NCBI GenBank assembly: GCA_002403995.1
Contig: DHIV01000103.1
Span: 4,488-51,718, forward strand
Length of the DNA: 47,231 nucleotides
Direction: 5' to 3'
From: Gallionella sp. UBA4737
GTDB lineage: Bacteria; Pseudomonadota; Gammaproteobacteria; Burkholderiales; Gallionellaceae
The position numbers and the translations under genes are program-made. The stretch's first letter is position 1. Each line of letters opens with the position of its first letter. Shown piece after piece: positions 1-9,437 of this stretch. The notes below the pieces were generated by a model. That model worked only from the letters and a program-made list of their open reading frames with translations, did no database searches and was not told the origin of the DNA.

Positions 1-1128
1 CCGTTCGATCCCCGCCTGATTACGCGCATCGCCCCTGCCGTGGCACAGGCCGCGATGGACAGCGGGGTGGCGGAGCGGCCGATTGCCGATATGACAGCAT
101 ATCGCGAGAAACTAGCCGGCTTTGTCTACCATTCCAGCCTGCTGATGAAACCGGTGTTCGATGCCGCCAAACGTGCGCCGCAGCGCCTGGTATACGCGGA
201 AGGTGAAGAATCGCGTGTGCTGCACGCGGTGCAGACCGTGGTGGACGAAGGCATAGCACACCCGATCCTGATCGGGCGTCCGGCGGTGATCGAGCAGCGC
301 ATCGCAAAGCTCGGCTTGCGCATTCGTGCCGGAGAGCATTTCGAGCTGGTCAATCCGGAGAGCGATCCGCGCTATCGCGAATACTGGAGCGAATATCATC
401 TCCTGATGCAGCGTCACGGCGTCACGCCGGATTCGGCCAAGCGCGAGATGCGCCGCCGCAACACCTTGATCGCTGCGATGCTGGTGCGCATGGGGGCGGC
501 GGATGCGATGCTGTGCGGGACTGTTTCGCAGCCTCTCAGTCATTTGCGCTACATCGATGAGGTGATCGGACATCGTCCCGGCGTGAATGTTTATGCGGCG
601 ATGAACATTCTGATGTTGCCCAAGCACACGCTGTTCATTTGCGATACCCATGTCAATCTCGATCCAACTGCCGAGCAGGTCGCGGAGATGACCTTGCTGG
701 CTGCCGAGGAGATGCGCCGCTTCGGCTTGACGCCAAAAGTCGCGCTGTTGTCGCATTCAAACTTCGGCAGCCATGACGATGCCTCGGCGCGCAAGATGAG
801 CCGCGCACGCGAATTGCTTGAAAGGATCGCGCCGGAACTGGAGGTGGAAGGCGAGATGCATGGCGATGCCGCGCTGTCGGAAAGCCTGCGCACGGCGACC
901 ATGCCAAACGCGCGCCTGAAAGGTGTGGCGAACCTGCTCATCATGCCGAATCTGGACGCGGCCAATATCGCCTATAACCTGTTGAAAATGACTGGAGGAG
1001 ACGGAGTTACCATAGGTTCGATTTTGCTGGGGGCAAACAAATCGGTGCATATATTGACTACGACTGCCACCGTGCGGCGCATCGTGAATATGAGTGCGCT
1101 GGCAGTGGCCGGCGTGAAGACACACTAG
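1..1128 (+). CDS. maeB: NADP-dependent malic enzyme MaeB, C-terminal phosphotransacetylase-like domain (5' end outside the window)
   Basis: Frame is open from base 1 (PFDPRLITRIAPAVAQAAMDSGVA). Motifs YAEGEE, ALLSHSNFGS, EGEMHGDAAL and MPNLDAANIAYNLLK are typical of MaeB. Confidence 0.95.
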   Translation, partial: PFDPRLITRIAPAVAQAAMDSGVAERPIADMTAYREKLAGFVYHSSLLMKPVFDAAKRAPQRLVYAEGEESRVLHAVQTVVDEGIAHPILIGRPAVIEQRIAKLGLRIRAGEHFELVNPESDPRYREYWSEYHLLMQRHGVTPDSAKREMRRRNTLIAAMLVRMGAADAMLCGTVSQPLSHLRYIDEVIGHRPGVNVYAAMNILMLPKHTLFICDTHVNLDPTAEQVAEMTLLAAEEMRRFGLTPKVALLSHSNFGSHDDASARKMSRARELLERIAPELEVEGEMHGDAALSESLRTATMPNARLKGVANLLIMPNLDAANIAYNLLKMTGGDGVTIGSILLGANKSVHILTTTATVRRIVNMSALAVAGVKTH

Positions 1129-1137
1129 GGAGAAGCG

Positions 1138-1377
1138 ATGACTATGAACAAACAGGAAGTTTCCATGTTGCGTGAAGAGATCGAGTTGTTGATGCAGGAA
1201 CGCACCAGGCTACTCAAGGTAGTGGGCGCTGCGGCGGTGCTGGTGGCAAACACCGATCCGGAATCTTTGCGGGATGAGGCGATGGATGCCGCGGAGATGT
1301 TGTCGGAAACCCTGAATGCCTTGCCGGAAGAAACGCTGAAAGACGCGCTGGAATCGGTGCAGGCTGAAGCCGAGTAA
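1138..1377 (+). CDS. Small acidic, probably helical hypothetical protein (79 aa)
   Basis: GGAGA RBS; fills the gap between maeB and the patatin gene with 9 and 7 nt spacers. Confidence 0.75.
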   Translation: MTMNKQEVSMLREEIELLMQERTRLLKVVGAAAVLVANTDPESLRDEAMDAAEMLSETLNALPEETLKDALESVQAEAE

Positions 1378-1384
1378 AGCGCGA

Positions 1385-2551
1385 ATGGATAAGCGCGTAG
1401 CATTGATACTCACCGGCGGCGGCGCGCGTGCCGCTTATCAGGTGGGCGTGCTCAAGGCGATAGCGGAATTTTTGCCGCGCCGCGCGCACAGTCCATTTCC
1501 GATAATCTGCGGCACATCCGCAGGCGCGCTTAATGCCGCCACGCTCGCGGTGAATGCGGGGAATTTCAGCATGGGCGTGCAGTATCTGGTCAACACCTGG
1601 AAGAATTTTCACGCCAACCAGATCTATCGCACCGATGTGCTCGGCGTGTTCAATAACTTCATGCGATGGCTTACCGGGGTGCTGTTCAGCGCGATCGGGA
1701 TCAACAAATTGAACCGGGTTTCGCTGCTCGATAATTCGCCGCTGGTCGAGTTATTGGAAGATATGCTGCCCTGCGAAAAAATTCAGGAGAGTATCGACGC
1801 GGGATTGCTGCACGCGTTGAGCGTCACCGTATACGGCTATGGTTCCGGGCAATCGGTGACTTTTTATCAGGGCGTGAAGCAGCTGATTCCGTGGCGGCGC
1901 ACCGGACGGGTGGGTACGCCAGCACAGATCGAGATCAAGCATCTGCTGGCTTCCGCCGCGCTCCCGTTCGTTTTTCCGGCAACTTTGATTAACCGCGAAT
2001 ATTTCGGTGATGGCTCGATGCGGCAGATCGCGCCGATCAGTTCCGCGCTGCATCTGGGCGCGACGCGCGTGCTGATCATAGGTGTTACCGTGAACGGCTA
2101 TGCCGAGCAACCCGATCGCGCCGATATTAACGAGTACCCTTCCCTGGCGAAGATTGCCGGGCATGCCCTGAACAGTATTTTTCTCGATAGTATGGAAGTG
2201 GATATGGAGCGGCTGAAAAAGATCAACGATCTGGTCGCGATCATGCCGGACGAGATGCGTGGCCTTGCCAATCTCAGGCATGTTGACGCGTTGGTTGTGT
2301 CACCCAGCCAGCCCATCGAAAAAATTGCCGAGCGATACGCGGCAGAATTGCCCTGGACGATACGCCTGTTGTTGCGCTTGATCGGCGCGAGACAGCACAG
2401 CGGCGGGACGCTGGTGAGCTATTTGCTGTCCGAGAAAAAGTTTTGTCGCGCGTTGATCGATCTGGGTTATCAGGATGCATTAAAACGGCGCGACGAAATC
2501 ATGGAATTTCTTGATGTGAAACCACATCGGGATGTTGACATGCCACAATGA
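1385..2551 (+). CDS. Patatin-like phospholipase
   Basis: GGGARAAYQ glycine-rich loop, GTSAG nucleophile elbow, DGS variant of the DGG motif. Confidence 0.92.
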   Translation: MDKRVALILTGGGARAAYQVGVLKAIAEFLPRRAHSPFPIICGTSAGALNAATLAVNAGNFSMGVQYLVNTWKNFHANQIYRTDVLGVFNNFMRWLTGVLFSAIGINKLNRVSLLDNSPLVELLEDMLPCEKIQESIDAGLLHALSVTVYGYGSGQSVTFYQGVKQLIPWRRTGRVGTPAQIEIKHLLASAALPFVFPATLINREYFGDGSMRQIAPISSALHLGATRVLIIGVTVNGYAEQPDRADINEYPSLAKIAGHALNSIFLDSMEVDMERLKKINDLVAIMPDEMRGLANLRHVDALVVSPSQPIEKIAERYAAELPWTIRLLLRLIGARQHSGGTLVSYLLSEKKFCRALIDLGYQDALKRRDEIMEFLDVKPHRDVDMPQ

Positions 2552-3636
2552 CGACAGGGATAGTTAGCGCGCGCACTTGGCAATTGCTGAACTTGTTGGC
2601 GGACGGTGAATTTCATTCCGGCGAGGTGTTGGCAAACCAGCTGGGGGTGTCGCGTGCCAGTGTTTTCAATGCGCTGGCCGGAGTTACGGAATACGGTGTG
2701 CTGCTGCAACGGATACGCGGCCGCGGATATCGTCTGGCACGCCCGTGGCAACGGCTGGAACAAAGCGAAGTGGCGCGCTGGCTGGGCTACGAAAATCTTT
2801 TGATGGAACCACTAGCCATTCGACTAAGCGAGCAAACAACACTCGCCAAGTCGCTGGTTATGTCCGGGCACCCGCAGGATGCCGCGCAGTTCGCTATCGA
2901 GATTTTGCCGCAAGCCGCTTCCAGCAATACCTTGCTGTTGCAGCGTGCCGGGCCGAATGCCGCAAACGGGGGTGCGCCAAGCGGCAGTGTGCTGGCGGTG
3001 GAGTTGCAGACTGCCGGACGCGGACGGAGGGGGCGAATTTGGCATTCCGGGCTGGGCACGGGTTTGACATTTTCGCTGTTGTGGCGTTTTGATTGCGGGT
3101 TAAATGCCTTGTCCGGATTGAGTTTGGCGGTAGGCGTGGCGATTGTGCGCGCATTGAACAAGCTGGGCGCACAGGGTGTGCGGTTGAAATGGCCGAATGA
3201 CATCATGACCGCGCAGGGAAAATTAGCCGGCGTGCTCATCGAGGCACAAGGCGATATGCTCGGGCCCAGCGCAGTGGTGATCGGCATCGGACTGAATTGC
3301 ACTTTGTCCGGAAGTCTGGTGCAGCAGATCGGCCAACCGGCATGTGCGCTGGATGAAATATGCGCGGTGATGCCGACACGCAATCAGTTGCTGGCCGTCC
3401 TGTTGCAGGAATTGGCGCGCGTGTTGCAGCAGTTCGCGAAAAGCGGGTTTGCCGGATTGCGCGAGCAGTGGGAGCGATATCACTTCCACCAGAACCGGCA
3501 GGTCCGGTTGCAAATGGGGGATGGACAGACAGTGGACGGTATTGCGCGCGGGGTCAGCGATGACGGAGAGCTATGTATGGAAACCGCACAGGGGATGCGG
3601 CGTTTCAATTCCGGAGAAGTGGGAGTACGCAGATGA
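2548..3636 (+). CDS. birA: Bifunctional biotin-protein ligase / repressor BirA, with an in-frame insert
   Basis: N-terminal HTH (FHSGEVLANQLGVSRASV), QTAGRGRRGR, LKWPND, KLAGVLIE, GIGLN. Confidence 0.96.
   Translation: MTTGIVSARTWQLLNLLADGEFHSGEVLANQLGVSRASVFNALAGVTEYGVLLQRIRGRGYRLARPWQRLEQSEVARWLGYENLLMEPLAIRLSEQTTLAKSLVMSGHPQDAAQFAIEILPQAASSNTLLLQRAGPNAANGGAPSGSVLAVELQTAGRGRRGRIWHSGLGTGLTFSLLWRFDCGLNALSGLSLAVGVAIVRALNKLGAQGVRLKWPNDIMTAQGKLAGVLIEAQGDMLGPSAVVIGIGLNCTLSGSLVQQIGQPACALDEICAVMPTRNQLLAVLLQELARVLQQFAKSGFAGLREQWERYHFHQNRQVRLQMGDGQTVDGIARGVSDDGELCMETAQGMRRFNSGEVGVRR
2811..2861. repeat. 51-nt imperfect palindromic element inside birA
   Basis: ACTAGC-CATT-CGACTAAGCGAG-CAAACAACA-CTCGCCAAGTCG-CTGGTTAT has nested pairing arms. 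It encodes LAIRLSEQTTLAKSLVM in the linker between HTH and catalytic domain. Confidence 0.7.
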
Positions 3637-4349
3637 AGTTGCTGATCGATGCCGGCAATACGCGCATCAAGTGGGCTTTGGCGGACAACGATGAATGGTT
3701 GCGCAGCGGGGTTTTGCCCGTCGAACAGGCGGACGTGTTGCCGCAGCAATTTGCCGGCGTGCGCGATATCCAGCAGATCTGGGTCAGCAATGTTGCCGGG
3801 GAAAAAGTCGCGCAGCATATTCGGAGTATCAAAGCCGGCCATTCCAATTTCATCGCGGCGCGGGAAAATCAGTGTGGTGTGCGCAACGGTTATTCCAATC
3901 CAGGCCAACTCGGCAGCGACAGGTGGGCGGCCTTGATCGCGGCATGGCATCTGGTGCGCAGGAGTTGCCTGGTCGTGAACTGCGGCACGGCGATCACGAT
4001 AGACACCTTGTCCGGTCAAGGTGAATTCCTTGGCGGTTTGATTCTGCCGGGAGTGGAGCTGATGCAGCGCAGTCTGGTAACCGCAACAAGCCAATTGCAA
4101 GCGGAACAGGGGAAGTATGCAGCATTTCCGCTGAACACCGCGGATGCGCTGTTCAGCGGAGCGGTCCAGGCTTGTTGCGGAGCGATCGAACGGCAATATA
4201 AATTGCTAGACGATTCCATCGCGCCGGTGGTGTTGAGCGGCGGAGCGGCAGGCTTGTTGCAGAAAAATATCAATCTGCCGCTGAACGTCGTGGATAATCT
4301 TGTGTTGAAAGGGCTGTTATATATTTCCCGGGAAGCGGACGTGCAATGA
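3633..4349 (+). CDS. coaX: Type III pantothenate kinase
   Basis: LLIDAGNTRIKW, LGSDRW, NCGTAITID, GGLILPG. ATG at 3633 overlaps the birA stop (ATGA). Confidence 0.96.
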   Translation: MKLLIDAGNTRIKWALADNDEWLRSGVLPVEQADVLPQQFAGVRDIQQIWVSNVAGEKVAQHIRSIKAGHSNFIAARENQCGVRNGYSNPGQLGSDRWAALIAAWHLVRRSCLVVNCGTAITIDTLSGQGEFLGGLILPGVELMQRSLVTATSQLQAEQGKYAAFPLNTADALFSGAVQACCGAIERQYKLLDDSIAPVVLSGGAAGLLQKNINLPLNVVDNLVLKGLLYISREADVQ

Positions 4350-5143
4350 GAAATCTGTTCTGGATATTATTGCTGGCGAACGTGATTCTATTCGCGGTGA
4401 TGCAGCGTGGCGGGCTTGACTGGTTTGGCTGGGGCGGACCAGGGGTACAGCCGCAACCTGAACTGAATGCTGACAAGATCCGCGTGCTGCCAGCGTCACA
4501 AAGCTCGCCGGCCAAGTCTTTGTCCGTTGCCCCGGCTCCAGTACCCGCTCCAGCACCTGCACCTGTGAAAGTACCAGTTCCGGTTGTTGTGCCGCCTGCG
4601 CCAGTTGCAAAAGCGTCGTCCACCCCCCTTGCGCTGGATATGGCTGCGTCAGAGGGCACGAAGCCGGGTACGTTGATTTGCCTCGAATGGGGCGATTTTT
4701 CAGGTTCGGATTTGACACGCGCAACTGCCGCATTGTCCGCCATGCAACCGGCCGGTAAAATAAGCCAACGCCAGATTGAGCGCGATATAGGTTATTGGGT
4801 GTATATCCCTCCGCTCAAGAACAAGGCGGCAGTCAACCGGAAAGTCAGCGAACTCAAGGCGCTGGGTGTAAAGGAATATTTTGTGGTGCAAATTTCAGGA
4901 CATTGGCTGAACGCTATTTCACTGGGTGTGTTCAAGACGCGGGAGGCGGCACAGAATTTTCTGCATGTCCTGCGTGCCAAAGGCGTGCGCAGCGCGAGGG
5001 TCGGGGAGCGGGCCAGCAAACTCATAACCACCGTATTCATACTGAACAGGGTTGATGCCGGAACGGAGGTAAAACTGAAGGCGATGCAAAAGGATTTTGC
5101 CGGAAGCGAGTTGAACAAGGTACCTTGCGGATTGACAAGATAG
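4346..5143 (+). CDS. SPOR-domain protein (N-terminal TM, Pro-rich linker)
   Basis: LLLANVILF anchor, PAPVPAP linker, YWVYIPP...NAISLGVF. Usual birA-coaX-SPOR order. Confidence 0.85.
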   Translation: MRNLFWILLLANVILFAVMQRGGLDWFGWGGPGVQPQPELNADKIRVLPASQSSPAKSLSVAPAPVPAPAPAPVKVPVPVVVPPAPVAKASSTPLALDMAASEGTKPGTLICLEWGDFSGSDLTRATAALSAMQPAGKISQRQIERDIGYWVYIPPLKNKAAVNRKVSELKALGVKEYFVVQISGHWLNAISLGVFKTREAAQNFLHVLRAKGVRSARVGERASKLITTVFILNRVDAGTEVKLKAMQKDFAGSELNKVPCGLTR

Positions 5144-5160
5144 GGTGAAATCTGGAGAAT
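5132..5160 (+). promoter_or_regulatory. Sigma70 promoter for tRNA-Met (and probably miaB)
   Basis: TTGACA (5132-5137), 17-nt spacer, GAGAAT (5155-5160), then a GC-rich discriminator GCCGCGC, just upstream of the tRNA. Confidence 0.7.
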
Positions 5161-5174
5161 GCCGCGCTCTTCGC

Positions 5175-5251
5175 GGTGATATAGCTCAGGTGGTTAGAGC
5201 GCAGCACTCATAACGCTGAGGTCGGTGGTTCAAATCCACCTATCACCACCA
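5175..5251 (+). tRNA. tRNA-Met (CAT), elongator type
   Basis: Acceptor stem GGTGATA/TATCACC, D arm AGCTCAGGTGGTTAGAGC, anticodon CAT at 5209-5211, T loop GGTTCAAATCC, encoded CCA. Paired 1-72 and no GGG/CCC anticodon stem argue against initiator. Confidence 0.95.
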
Positions 5252-5286
5252 ACGCAATCGGTGCCACAGCGTGCCCCCAAAGTAGC

Positions 5287-6621
5287 GTGCCAGGAAAATT
5301 CCACATCAAAACTTTCGGCTGCCAGATGAACGAGTATGACTCGGACAGGATGGCGGATGTGTTGCGCGCCTGGGAAGGCATGGAGGCGACCGACAAGCCG
5401 GAAGAGGCCGATGTCATATTGTTCAATACCTGTTCGATACGCGAGAAGGCCGAAGAAAAGGTGTTCTCGGATCTGGGGCGGGTGCGTCCGCTGAAGCTGG
5501 TCAATCCCGGTTTGCTGATAGCCGTGGGCGGCTGCGTGGCCAGCCAGGAAGGCGCGGCAATCCTGCAGCGCGCGCCTTACGTGGATGTGGTGTTCGGCCC
5601 GCAGACGCTGCATCGTTTGCCACAGTTGCTTGAAGCGCGCCGTGCAACGGGACTTCCGCAAGTGGACATCAGTTTCCCCGAGATCGAAAAATTCGATCAT
5701 CTGCCTATCCCAAAAACCACCTCCGGCGCAGCTTATGTGTCCATCATGGAAGGCTGCAGCAAATATTGCACGTTCTGCGTCGTGCCTTATACGCGCGGCG
5801 AAGAGGTTTCGCGTCCGTTGGCTGACGTGCTGCGCGATGTGCAACAGCTGGTCGCGCAAGGGGTGAAAGAAGTGACGCTGCTGGGCCAAAATGTGAATGC
5901 CTACTGCGGCACTGGTGACGATGGCGAAACCGTGGATTTCGCTTTTCTGCTGCAAGCTATCGCCGCGCTGGAAGGCATAACCCGCTTGCGTTATACCACC
6001 TCGCATCCCAGGGACATGTCGCAACGGCTGATCGATGTATATGCGACCACGCCCAAGCTGGTCAGCCATCTGCACCTGCCGGTGCAGTCCGGTTCGGACC
6101 GCATCCTGGCGGCGATGAAGCGCGGCCACACCGTGCTGGAGTATAAATCCATCATCCGCCGGGTGCGCGCCGCACGTCCGGATATTTGCATCACCTCGGA
6201 TTTTATCGTCGGGTTTCCCGGAGAGACGGAACAGGATTTTGAGGCGACCATGAGGCTGATCGACGAGATCGGCTTCGATAACAGCTTCAGCTATCTGTAC
6301 AGCCCGCGACCCGGCACACCCGCGGCCGAGCTGCGCGACGACACGCCGCACGAAGTGAAGGCGGCACGCTTGAAGCGCTTGCAGGACCGCATCATGGAAC
6401 AGGAGAACGTCGTGGCGCAGGCGATGCTGGGCACGAAACAACGCGCTTTGGTCGAAGGTGCGTCGAAAAAGGACGCTCTGGAATTGGCCGCGCGCACCGA
6501 CAACAATCGCGTGGTAAATTTCAGCGGCGCGGCAAACCTGATCGGCAGTTTCGTCGAGGTGAAAATCACCCAGGTGGTGCGCCATACGTTGCGCGGCGAA
6601 CTGGTGCCGAATGCAGCATGA
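5287..6621 (+). CDS. miaB: tRNA methylthiotransferase MiaB
   Basis: [23 protein letters not shown], radical [14 protein letters not shown]-terminal TRAM domain. GTG start. Confidence 0.97.
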   Translation: MPGKFHIKTFGCQMNEYDSDRMADVLRAWEGMEATDKPEEADVILFNTCSIREKAEEKVFSDLGRVRPLKLVNPGLLIAVGGCVASQEGAAILQRAPYVDVVFGPQTLHRLPQLLEARRATGLPQVDISFPEIEKFDHLPIPKTTSGAAYVSIMEGCSKYCTFCVVPYTRGEEVSRPLADVLRDVQQLVAQGVKEVTLLGQNVNAYCGTGDDGETVDFAFLLQAIAALEGITRLRYTTSHPRDMSQRLIDVYATTPKLVSHLHLPVQSGSDRILAAMKRGHTVLEYKSIIRRVRAARPDICITSDFIVGFPGETEQDFEATMRLIDEIGFDNSFSYLYSPRPGTPAAELRDDTPHEVKAARLKRLQDRIMEQENVVAQAMLGTKQRALVEGASKKDALELAARTDNNRVVNFSGAANLIGSFVEVKITQVVRHTLRGELVPNAA

Positions 6622-7181
6622 GCCGAGTTGCGAAAAAAAATCCACCCACCAAACTTTCACTGACCGTGCAATATGCAGGCGGTGCGCAGAACACGCCTAC
6701 CCGCGCGCAATTCCGGCGCTGGATCAAAGTCGCGCTGCAACGCGAAGCGAACATCACTATGCGCATCGTGGACGAACCGGAAGGGCGTGAGTTGAACAAA
6801 AATTATCGCGGCAAGGACTACGCCACCAATGTGCTGACTTTTGTCTACGATGATGTGCAGCAGCCCCTACACGGCGGGGTGGAACCCATCGGTGCGGGAG
6901 GGGCTGCTGAGCGGCTACTCCCGCAATCGGCTGGCTCCGCCAGTAACGTGTCGCAGCCGCTACCCTTGTCGGGCGATATAGTGATTTGCGCCCCGGTAGT
7001 GGAGCGTGAAGCGGCCGCGCAACACAAGGATTTGCTGGCGCATTACGCGCATCTCACCCTGCACGCCGCACTTCATTTACAGGGCTATGAGCACGAAAAT
7101 GATGCCGCTGCGGCGGAGATGGAAGCATTGGAAATCGCACTAATGCTAAAATTACGCTACCCTGATCCTTATCGGACATAA
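6618..7181 (+). CDS. ybeY: rRNA maturation endoribonuclease YbeY, with an in-frame insert
   Basis: [23 protein letters not shown], metal-binding [11 protein letters not shown]. Confidence 0.95.
   Translation: MSRVAKKNPPTKLSLTVQYAGGAQNTPTRAQFRRWIKVALQREANITMRIVDEPEGRELNKNYRGKDYATNVLTFVYDDVQQPLHGGVEPIGAGGAAERLLPQSAGSASNVSQPLPLSGDIVICAPVVEREAAAQHKDLLAHYAHLTLHAALHLQGYEHENDAAAAEMEALEIALMLKLRYPDPYRT
6869..6951. repeat. About 83-nt palindromic element inside ybeY
   Basis: Outer arms ACACG/CGTGT, inner TGCGGGAG (6893-6900) / CTCCCGCA (6918-6925), and GGCGGGG/CTCCGCC. The first 47 nt match the ribD insert. Confidence 0.8.
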
Positions 7182-7193
7182 TAGACCCATGTA

Positions 7194-8036
7194 ATGGACG
7201 ACCCCGAAAGCAATAAACCCAGTCTGTTAGAGCGTCTTTCCACGATGTTGCTGCGCGAACCGGAAGATCGCGACCAACTCGTCGCTTTGTTGCATTCCGC
7301 ATACGAACGCAACCTGCTGGATGCCGACGCGCTGTCCATGATGGAAGGCGTGATGCAAGTCTCCGAGCGGCAGGTGCGCGAGATCATGATTCCCCGTGCG
7401 CAAATGGATGTCATCGACATCAGCCAGCCGCCGGAAGAATTCATCCCTTTTGTCATCGAGACAGCTCACTCGCGCTTCCCGGTAGTGGAAGGCGATAAAG
7501 ACAACATCATCGGCATACTGCTGGCGAAAGACTTATTGCGCTATTACGCCGGGGAAGAATTCAATGTTCGCGACATGCTGCGCCCCGCCGTTTTTGTGCC
7601 GGAAGCCAAGCGCCTGAATGTGCTGCTGCGCGACTTCCGCAGCAACCGCAACCACATCGCGCTGGTGGTGGACGAATACGGTGGCGTATCGGGCATGGTG
7701 ACCATCGAGGACGTGCTGGAACAGATCGTTGGCGATATCGAAGACGAATACGATTTTGACGACGAGGAAGACAACATCATCATGGATGCTGTGGGACATT
7801 ATCGCGTCAAGGCCGACACCGAAATCGCCGATTTTAATGCCGCACTCGGCACCGAATTCAGCGACGAGGAATGCGACACCGTGGGCGGACTGGTGCTTAA
7901 AGCCGCCGGACAATTGCCCAAACGCGGAGATCACATCCATATCGGCGAACTCATGTTTACCGTGCTGCGGGCGGATAGCCGCAGGCTTTACTCAATGCTG
8001 GTCGAACGCAAGAATCCTGCAGCAAGAAGGGGCTAA
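7194..8036 (+). CDS. corC: CBS/CorC-HlyC family Mg/Co transport-associated protein
   Basis: VREIMIPRAQM, HSRFPV, VVDEYGGVSGMVTIEDVLEQIVGDIEDEYD; follows ybeY. Confidence 0.93.
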   Translation: MDDPESNKPSLLERLSTMLLREPEDRDQLVALLHSAYERNLLDADALSMMEGVMQVSERQVREIMIPRAQMDVIDISQPPEEFIPFVIETAHSRFPVVEGDKDNIIGILLAKDLLRYYAGEEFNVRDMLRPAVFVPEAKRLNVLLRDFRSNRNHIALVVDEYGGVSGMVTIEDVLEQIVGDIEDEYDFDDEEDNIIMDAVGHYRVKADTEIADFNAALGTEFSDEECDTVGGLVLKAAGQLPKRGDHIHIGELMFTVLRADSRRLYSMLVERKNPAARRG

Positions 8037-8214
8037 TCACACCCCGGCAAGCTATTGCCCAAGCCGGATCATTCTGCCAGTCATTGCTGCCAATGATAAA
8101 GTGGCCAGCTTTTGCTGTTTGGTATATTGTCCGTGTTGATTCCATCGGAATAGCAGCGGCATATGTTATTTCAAAAGAGCAAAAACATCTCCGAAGGGCA
8201 ATCAACCAGGGGGT

Positions 8215-9435
8215 ATGAATATGTTGTTTGATGAATTCGACCGAGAGGTGTTCTCCAGCGGCCAGGAGATTTTCAAATCCGGGGACGCTGGAGACTGCGC
8301 ATATCTTATCGAAGAAGGGATGGTAGAGATTCTGGTCGTTAAACCGAGCGGCGAGCATCGGATCAGATCGATGGGTAAGGGTGAATTGTTCGGGGAAGTA
8401 TCCTTGATTGACTATGAGCCTCGCACTGCAACGGTAAGGGCAATTGAGCGGACAGTGCTCGTACCTATCCCGCGCAAGCTGATGGAAAGTTTGCTCGAAA
8501 AAAGCGACCCGGTCTTGCGCCATTTGTTGCTGGTCATCCTCGAGCGTTTCAGGCATAGAATCGATGGCTCGGCATTGCAAGACTTAAGCGCAGGTGTCCC
8601 GCCGGAGCAATCCAAGCGCCGCAGCATCGTGAAGGGCGAGGCAACGCAAAAACTGTCTCTCGCCCACGGCATGAAGCGCGCGTTAAGGCATGAAGAATTT
8701 CAGCTTTATTATCAACCGATCTGTAACCTTGCCGATGGGAGTGTCGCCGGATTCGAGGCGCTGATTCGATGGCACCATCCAATTGACGGGCCGCTACAGC
8801 CCAAAGACTTTCTATGGATAGCAGAGCAAACCGGCCTGATACATGAAATCGGCCTCTGGACACTTGAACGCGCGTGCAGAGACTGGCACACGCTTAGGCC
8901 ATTCGCCGATTATCAAACACCATTTGTCAGTGTCAATTTATCGCCGTCCCAATTGAGCAACGAGATGCTGGTTGAAGAGGTGAAATCCATCATCGCGAGC
9001 CAAAGCATGAATGCCGCAGAGTTAAAGCTGGAGCTGACAGAAACGGTCATGGTCGAGCAACCCGAGGCTGCATTAAAGATCATGCACAGGCTGATCGAAC
9101 TGGGTTGCAGCCTTGCGCTCGATGACTATGGCGCCGGCCATTCCGGGTTGAGACATTTGCAGCGCTACCCGCTGGGCACGCTCAAGATCGACGGCGCTTT
9201 TGTCGAACCCCTGCTGGCCTCTGCGCAAAGCTTCGAAATCGTGCGTTCTTCAGTTGCGTTGGCGCATTCGCTGAACATGAGTGTGATTGCCGAAGGTGTC
9301 GAAACTGAGGGGGTGAGGGCAAAGCTGCTTGAGATGAAATGTAATTTCGGGCAGGGATGGTATTTTGGCAGGCCCGCCATGTTGCAAGAGCTGGTCGTGC
9401 GTTACGCAAAGGGCAGTTCCAAGGAAACCTGGTGA
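8215..9435 (+). CDS. Cyclic-nucleotide-binding + EAL domain protein (putative c-di-GMP phosphodiesterase)
   Basis: cNMP motif GELFGEVSLIDYEPRTATVRA. EAL motifs YQPI, FEALIRW, SVNLS, LELTE, DDYGAGHS, LKIDG, AEGVE, QGWYF. Confidence 0.92.
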   Translation: MNMLFDEFDREVFSSGQEIFKSGDAGDCAYLIEEGMVEILVVKPSGEHRIRSMGKGELFGEVSLIDYEPRTATVRAIERTVLVPIPRKLMESLLEKSDPVLRHLLLVILERFRHRIDGSALQDLSAGVPPEQSKRRSIVKGEATQKLSLAHGMKRALRHEEFQLYYQPICNLADGSVAGFEALIRWHHPIDGPLQPKDFLWIAEQTGLIHEIGLWTLERACRDWHTLRPFADYQTPFVSVNLSPSQLSNEMLVEEVKSIIASQSMNAAELKLELTETVMVEQPEAALKIMHRLIELGCSLALDDYGAGHSGLRHLQRYPLGTLKIDGAFVEPLLASAQSFEIVRSSVALAHSLNMSVIAEGVETEGVRAKLLEMKCNFGQGWYFGRPAMLQELVVRYAKGSSKETW

Positions 9436-9437
9436 CT

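Noticed and set aside
4526..4605. PAPVPAP repeats in the SPOR protein
   Set aside because: Ordinary Pro-rich linker for this protein type.
5175..5290. tRNA as an integration site for an island
   Set aside because: No integrase nearby, no duplicated tRNA 3' end noticed, and miaB follows directly.
5230..6660. 476-aa antisense ORF
   Set aside because: Shadow of miaB caused by GC-biased codon use; no recognisable motifs.
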